NCBI GenBank assembly: GCA_947595235.1
Contig: CANQEP010000002.1
Span: 1 to 61,763, forward strand
Reading direction: 5' to 3'
Length of the DNA: 61,763 nt
Source of the DNA: an uncultured Clostridia bacterium
GTDB taxonomy: Bacteria > Bacillota > Clostridia > Christensenellales > UBA1242
Part shown: in pieces, positions 43,301 to 49,300 of the stretch
Numbering within the stretch: position 1 is the first letter of the stretch
Layout of the letters: every line of letters begins with the position of its first letter
Notes under the pieces: generated by a model
What the model was told of the DNA's origin: nothing
The model's input: only the letters and a program-made list of their open reading frames with translations
The model's database searches: none
Translations under genes and position numbers: made by a program

Positions 43301-46300
43301 TGAACCAATATAAACACAGTGGTTTCAATGTCAAAATACATTGAGTTTAGCACCAACTTGCCATCAAGGTCTTCGTCATCTTCGGCGTTAACCCTATATG
43401 TTGGTGTTGTTGCCCTTTTGCCATTTCCAATTGCAGTTTCAGAACCAAAGCCATCGTCTTGGGCAAGTATAGCATACATATCCTTGCTGGCGTTGTCATA
43501 TGCATAGAATGTTCTCTTGATTCCATCAACAGTCCTTTCGTATGTATTGCTGAATATGCTACTTGTGCGGGCGGTCTTGGTCTCATCTTTATAAAGTCTC
43601 ATGTAGTCTTCGTCAAGTTTTGAAACTTGGTCGTCGCCTGGATATCCCATAGTGCCATTTGCATCGCGCGACGGACTTGTCTTGTTCACGCCAAGATTGT
43701 TGGTTCTTATAACCATTTGTTCATTAACAGTATCAATGTCGGCTTTTCGTGGGTCACTGTTGTTATAGTAAACGGCAAGGACGTCGATCCCTGAGTCTTC
43801 GGCTTCTTCTGCAAAGATGTATTGGTTATAAATCTCAATGAACTTCGCAACGTATCTAACATTCGAGTGAAGTTTGTGGATGATGAGTTTGTTTTCTTTA
43901 ACCTCAACATTGCCCGTTTCACGAACCCTATAGAAGTGTTCAGTCTCAACCGCAACGCCATCCTTGTCATAGCTGGTTTCCATGCGCCTAAATACTGGAT
44001 AGTCACTAAGAGTGTATGACTTTTCTCCGCTTGATGGAATATCCCTGTTTATGGCGTCAAAATGCGTCATTTCAATTGGGGTGTAGACATCGGTGTCGAC
44101 TGGACTTTGATGCATTCCTACGTCAAAGTAATAGTTATTCGCATAGTTTTTGTAAACACGAATATAGTTAGGCCTGCGAGAAGTTCCTTGGTTCTCGTTA
44201 ATGTTGATGTAGTATCCACGAACAGAATCAAGCATGTTGTCGGGAACAATGGCCTCGTTAATAAAGCCTTTGTCTGGGTCATATTGCGAATAATAGATAT
44301 ATGTTCCAGTGTCATCAAGTTCAACACAGAACTGAGTAACATAGAAGTATTGCCTCAAAATAGGGTTGTAGTATCCGTGCAAAACCTCATCAGAATAAAT
44401 ATATTCGGTGTTTTCAACCTTTTCGTCAGTGGTGTACCAAGTGTCGGTGTCTGCGTCATAAAGACACTTATACCAGCCTTCAACTCTGTAGCCCCTTGCT
44501 GGGGTGACTTCAAGCAAAACATACGCGTCACGGTCAATGTAAACCGACTTGAATTGCTGCGTTGAATATATGTTTCCATCTTTGTCTTTAACAAGTTCGC
44601 CGTCGTGCAATGAGCCGTTCACACTATAGCGATACTCGCCACCGATCACACCGTCTTCAAAGGTGGTCATTTCTGTAAAGATGCGCGTGTCTATATTTGC
44701 AACATGGTCTGTTCTTAGCGAGTCAATTAAGATTCCAGGTGAGTCCAAATCAATATTCCAAAATTCTTCATTGAACTCATCATATGCATCATTGCGGTTC
44801 TTAAAATCATCATAAAGGTCCTCAAACGCCTCTCGGCTATCAGAAGGGAACAACTCGTTGTTGTGGTGCATATTCCAAACATAGAGATACATGAGGAAGG
44901 TGAGCCCGCCAGTCACACTCTTTGTTGCATCATCGAATTGGCTCATGTCAAAGGCATAAAGGCTGTTGGCGCCTTTGTTATAGAAGAGTGGGGTACTCTT
45001 GTATCCTTGAGCAGCGTCTCCGCCAACAGTATCATAATAGAAGTATGAGTTGAACGCATAAGAAATCATCTCATTGAATTCTTCTGCCTTTACCACGCCT
45101 CTACCACTTTTATAATAGTAGTTTCCTTGGCCGTTATATGCGGCTTGCATTGCCGTGGTGTCGCCGTAAGAATACTCTGAGCCGTCAAAGTTAACTATGT
45201 TTCCTGAATAGTTGAACGCGTCATCCACGTGGGTGAGCATAACAACACCCGGCTTGTCTTTTTCAAATCTTTGAATGACATCTACTGGCCTAATTGCTGT
45301 TATGCGAGTTTTTGTTGCGTTATACTTAACTTGGAAATATAGCGTCAGATTGCCCGTTTCAAATGTATCATATTTTTGGTGGAACCTAATTGCAAAGATG
45401 TCGTCTCTAACCTCAAAGACAGGGTAGGCAGCAGAAGAGCCAACAATCTCGGTTTCATTTTTAAACTCGCCTGTGAAGTACAAGAATGCCGAACCATCGA
45501 TGTCGCCATAATAATAGCCTTCGCGACCACCATAGTTGGTTTTTAGGTATTCATATATATATAGGTCTCTTTCATCACGGTTGTCAACGTCTGCGCTGGC
45601 GCTACCAATGTCATACATAACATCAATACTGCCACCTTGGTTAAGTGCGCCGTCAAGAACTGCCGTTCCAATATCAATTGAGTAGACTCTTTGATAAACT
45701 GGCATAATAACATAGTAGCCCGCTTCGTTACTGGTAAAGCGCAAGATAGCATTTGTGAGAGAGTCGTTTTCAAGGGTGCTAATAACATTAGGATTATAGA
45801 AGATGACTTCGCTATTTCTTCTTTGATAAATCTTCCACTCTTTAAATCTATATATATAGTTATGGCCACCATCATCGCTGAGCGTGACAACTGGGCTTGC
45901 AAAAAACACTGCAGCCTCACGACCCGACAAGAAGTATGCGTCATGGCTGTCATAGGCATCCAAAAGCCCAAGTCCACGGTCAAGCCAATAACCATAGAGG
46001 TTGTTTGTTGCCTCGTCGATTACTTGAGAGGCCTTTGTTCGATAAGCATATGTAACGCCGCTGAAAAGTACCTCATCGTAGTTGAACATACTATTCTCGC
46101 TGAATTGCGCATCATAGTTGAAGTTCTCCATGCCATAGCACTTTATATTCACATCGGTGTCAATACCCGAATTGAGATATAGCGTGCCGTCAAGGCCTTG
46201 ATAGTAGGAGTGGATGTCATAGGTTCTAACTTCCTCAAGTGCAGTTGAAGACGAACTCCAAACATACACATCTTTTTCGTAGTCAAGGAGTTCATAAAGT

Positions 46301-49300
46301 CCAGCATCGTTCAATTCTTCTTCACTATCTGGATTGCCAACAAACCTATACAACTCATAGATATATTTCCCGTTTGAGGAAACATAATCTTTTAGGTATA
46401 TTCTGTGGCCAGCAATGGTATCATCAATTGCAACTTCTTGCAAAGAAAGTGTGTCCGAAACTTTGATGAACTTGCCGGTGGATTTATCCTTAATATAGGC
46501 AACGACTGGCTTGAGAGTTGTGCGGTCAAGAACCCAGAAAGATTTGTCCATGTAGTCGTTGAGTTCAAGGTTAACAAGCGTGTCTTTGAAGGCGTAGGTG
46601 TTAAAGTCATAGATATTGATGTCGTCTTCTTTCTCAATTGCCTCGCCAAGCACCTCAACATAGAATGCATTTTTGATGTCAAAGCAAAGGTTAACAATAG
46701 CGGCCTCATCCGCCTTGTGCCTTATTGAGAAGTAGAGAACTTGGTTAGGGTATGGAGGGCCCGCAAGCAAACTTACGCCAGGGAATCCCTCAATAACAAG
46801 GTTCTTGCTGGTGTAGTCAAGAGAATAGTATTGATTGAATTTTTGGTCATGAGATGCCAAAATGTATGCCTCATCCTCGCCATAGACATCATAGATGGAG
46901 AATCCCGGATAGATGACCGGAGAGTCAACGTCGTTGGTCTCGATATATTTTCCAAGCAAGGTTACCGAAACGCCAGTATTTGTCTTTTTGTTTGCCGACC
47001 TAACAAGGCTCGACTCGAAGTTTGGTATTGTTACCGTTGTTTGCTCGTAGTACAAGGTAAATGTTGCAGGCGTGCTTGTGCCTTGAAGGTTACCATTATT
47101 TTCAACCCTTATACGAGACTTAGTGCTAGGGTCAACAACATAACGAATGTTACCCGGCGTGCTGCTTGGGTCAACCAAATATCCATTATCGCAAACTGGA
47201 ACACCTTCGCTATACCAAGCCTTGCCACTACTTTCGTCAATGGTAAATGAAGGGACAGCGACATAGGTTGTTGCGTCAAAACTGAAAGTATTGCTAACAA
47301 TTGTCTTGCTTTCAGCCCCATAAGACTCTTTCAAATAGAGAGGGAACTCTGTCGCATTTTCTTTTTTCAAGTATGTTATGCTGTTTTCTTCTGAGCCTAC
47401 TTTTTCACCATCTTCAGGTCTAATAGCATAATATGTTGGAATTAGGAATGCACAATATCCAGTTTTTGTGCCTCCACGTTCACTTGGCGTATATTCAACC
47501 TTAGTTGTAGTTTTTGTGTCTGAGCCTCCACTTACATTGTGTTTCGTGTAACTGACAACTGAAACTCTGTCGCGGAAACTATTGCTGTTAGGGCCAACCA
47601 ATTCAAATGTGTAATAGACGCTTTCATCAATGCTAGCAGAATATTCATAGTAACGCATCCCACTGCCATCGTTAACTCCAATAAGTTGCATCGAACGTTT
47701 ATTTCCGTCCAAGGTGGTTGCATAAAGGGTATATGAAACTCTAATTAAGAAGTCAGTGCCAAGTTTTTTTGCTCCCGGCGAGAAGGTCTGTGTGCCCATG
47801 CTAATATTAGAATAGTAAACATTTTGCCATGTCGAAGTCGTCGTATCTTGATAGTGGCTGTTGAAGTAGTTGCTAGGCTTAAGCGAGGCTCCCACGTCAT
47901 AGGAAACGCGACCCGTTGAATCATAGAGAATATTGTCATCTTTAACATTATCGAATTTTGAGTCAACAACGCCATTTACATCTGATTGAATAAGTGTGCC
48001 AATCACTTCGCCACTAGACATTATGGTGCCATTGAATTCATGAGAAGAACCATCGCTTGTTTTATATGTATATTTGTTAACAACTTTTGTCTGGTCCTCG
48101 GTGTTCTCATCAGTTATATATTGTTTAACATAAAGTTCAATGGCTTCGCCAAGCGGACGAATATAATAGTAGCAAGAAGAAACAAGCCTTGCGCCCATAA
48201 TCTCACGATAAATATAGGCATCTCCACTGGTGGCAGTCAAAATGTCTGAGCCAAGCATGATACTTTTTTTATTATTGACAAGGTCATCAAAATTGGATAT
48301 TTGTTTGAAGTATAGGTTGTCTATTTCATCAAAAGTGATATTGCCGCTTGAGTCAGTCTTTTGAATGAACTGCTTTTTGGCAACAGGGGAGATATAGTAG
48401 AATTTGTTGCCACGCGCCTTAACATCATAGTAGACATATACTTCTTGAGACTCGGTATCATCTTTCGGATTGGTTTGTCTCATTTCAGTTGCATAGGCAG
48501 TAACAACAGCCGAAACTTCATTTGCCTCGCTCAAAAGAAGGTCGTCAATAACACTGCTTTGCTGAGTAAGAACTTCGCCATTTATTTTAATTTGCACATC
48601 AACTTTGGTTCCGTCAGATGTACTTGAACTTGGCGTTTCAACACTAATAGCACTTTCGTCCACTTTTGTGTATGTCAAAAGGTAGAAACTCTCTGGACCA
48701 CTATTTGGAATTTTGCGCGCGATTACAGTATATTTACCTTCATTTTCTACTTTTGTGGAGTTATAGTAATAAATCGTGCCACCGTTTGCACCACTTGCGT
48801 CACTCTTCACGCCGGCCTTGTGGCTGAACAAAAATACTTCGGTATCGCCTCCGTTTTCATATATGAGCGCCGTGCTGTTTTGGTTAACATGAACATTGCC
48901 AGATGTCAATGGTTGATTGTCAACCTTAAAGAACGAGTCAAGGTCGAGCGAAATATCCGCATCTGATTGGCTATAATTTTGGCTTGCGACATAAACTTTG
49001 CCATTCGCAGTTGTATAGTAAAGGGTTGGAGCAAAGTTGAGCGTCTCCATATTGTATCCAACAAGCACTGCATTTGAAGGCAACAAAATGGAGATTATAA
49101 CATTGGTTTGAATGTATCCAAACTCGTCCTCATAGGTGCTTATGCTCTTGATAATTTCATAGTCAACAAGCCCCTCCTGAAGTGGCATGATGCCAAGGCC
49201 CTCGATTTCATTTGCGCTACCTTTGTCTGTCGTTTGATACAAGTTGACAACAAGGTTGGTATCCTCGTTGTATTGAGTTCCAATAATGGCAATGTCTTGC

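Noticed and set aside
44062-47250. Plus-strand ORFs of 160-170 aa (44062-44565, 45691-46182, 46741-47250), and many 60-130-aa ORFs on both strands, within 31.4-51.4 kb.
   Set aside because: All are antisense or off-frame shadows of the 20-kb minus-strand ORF. They lack RBSs and have V/I/N/R-biased compositions typical of reverse-complement frames.
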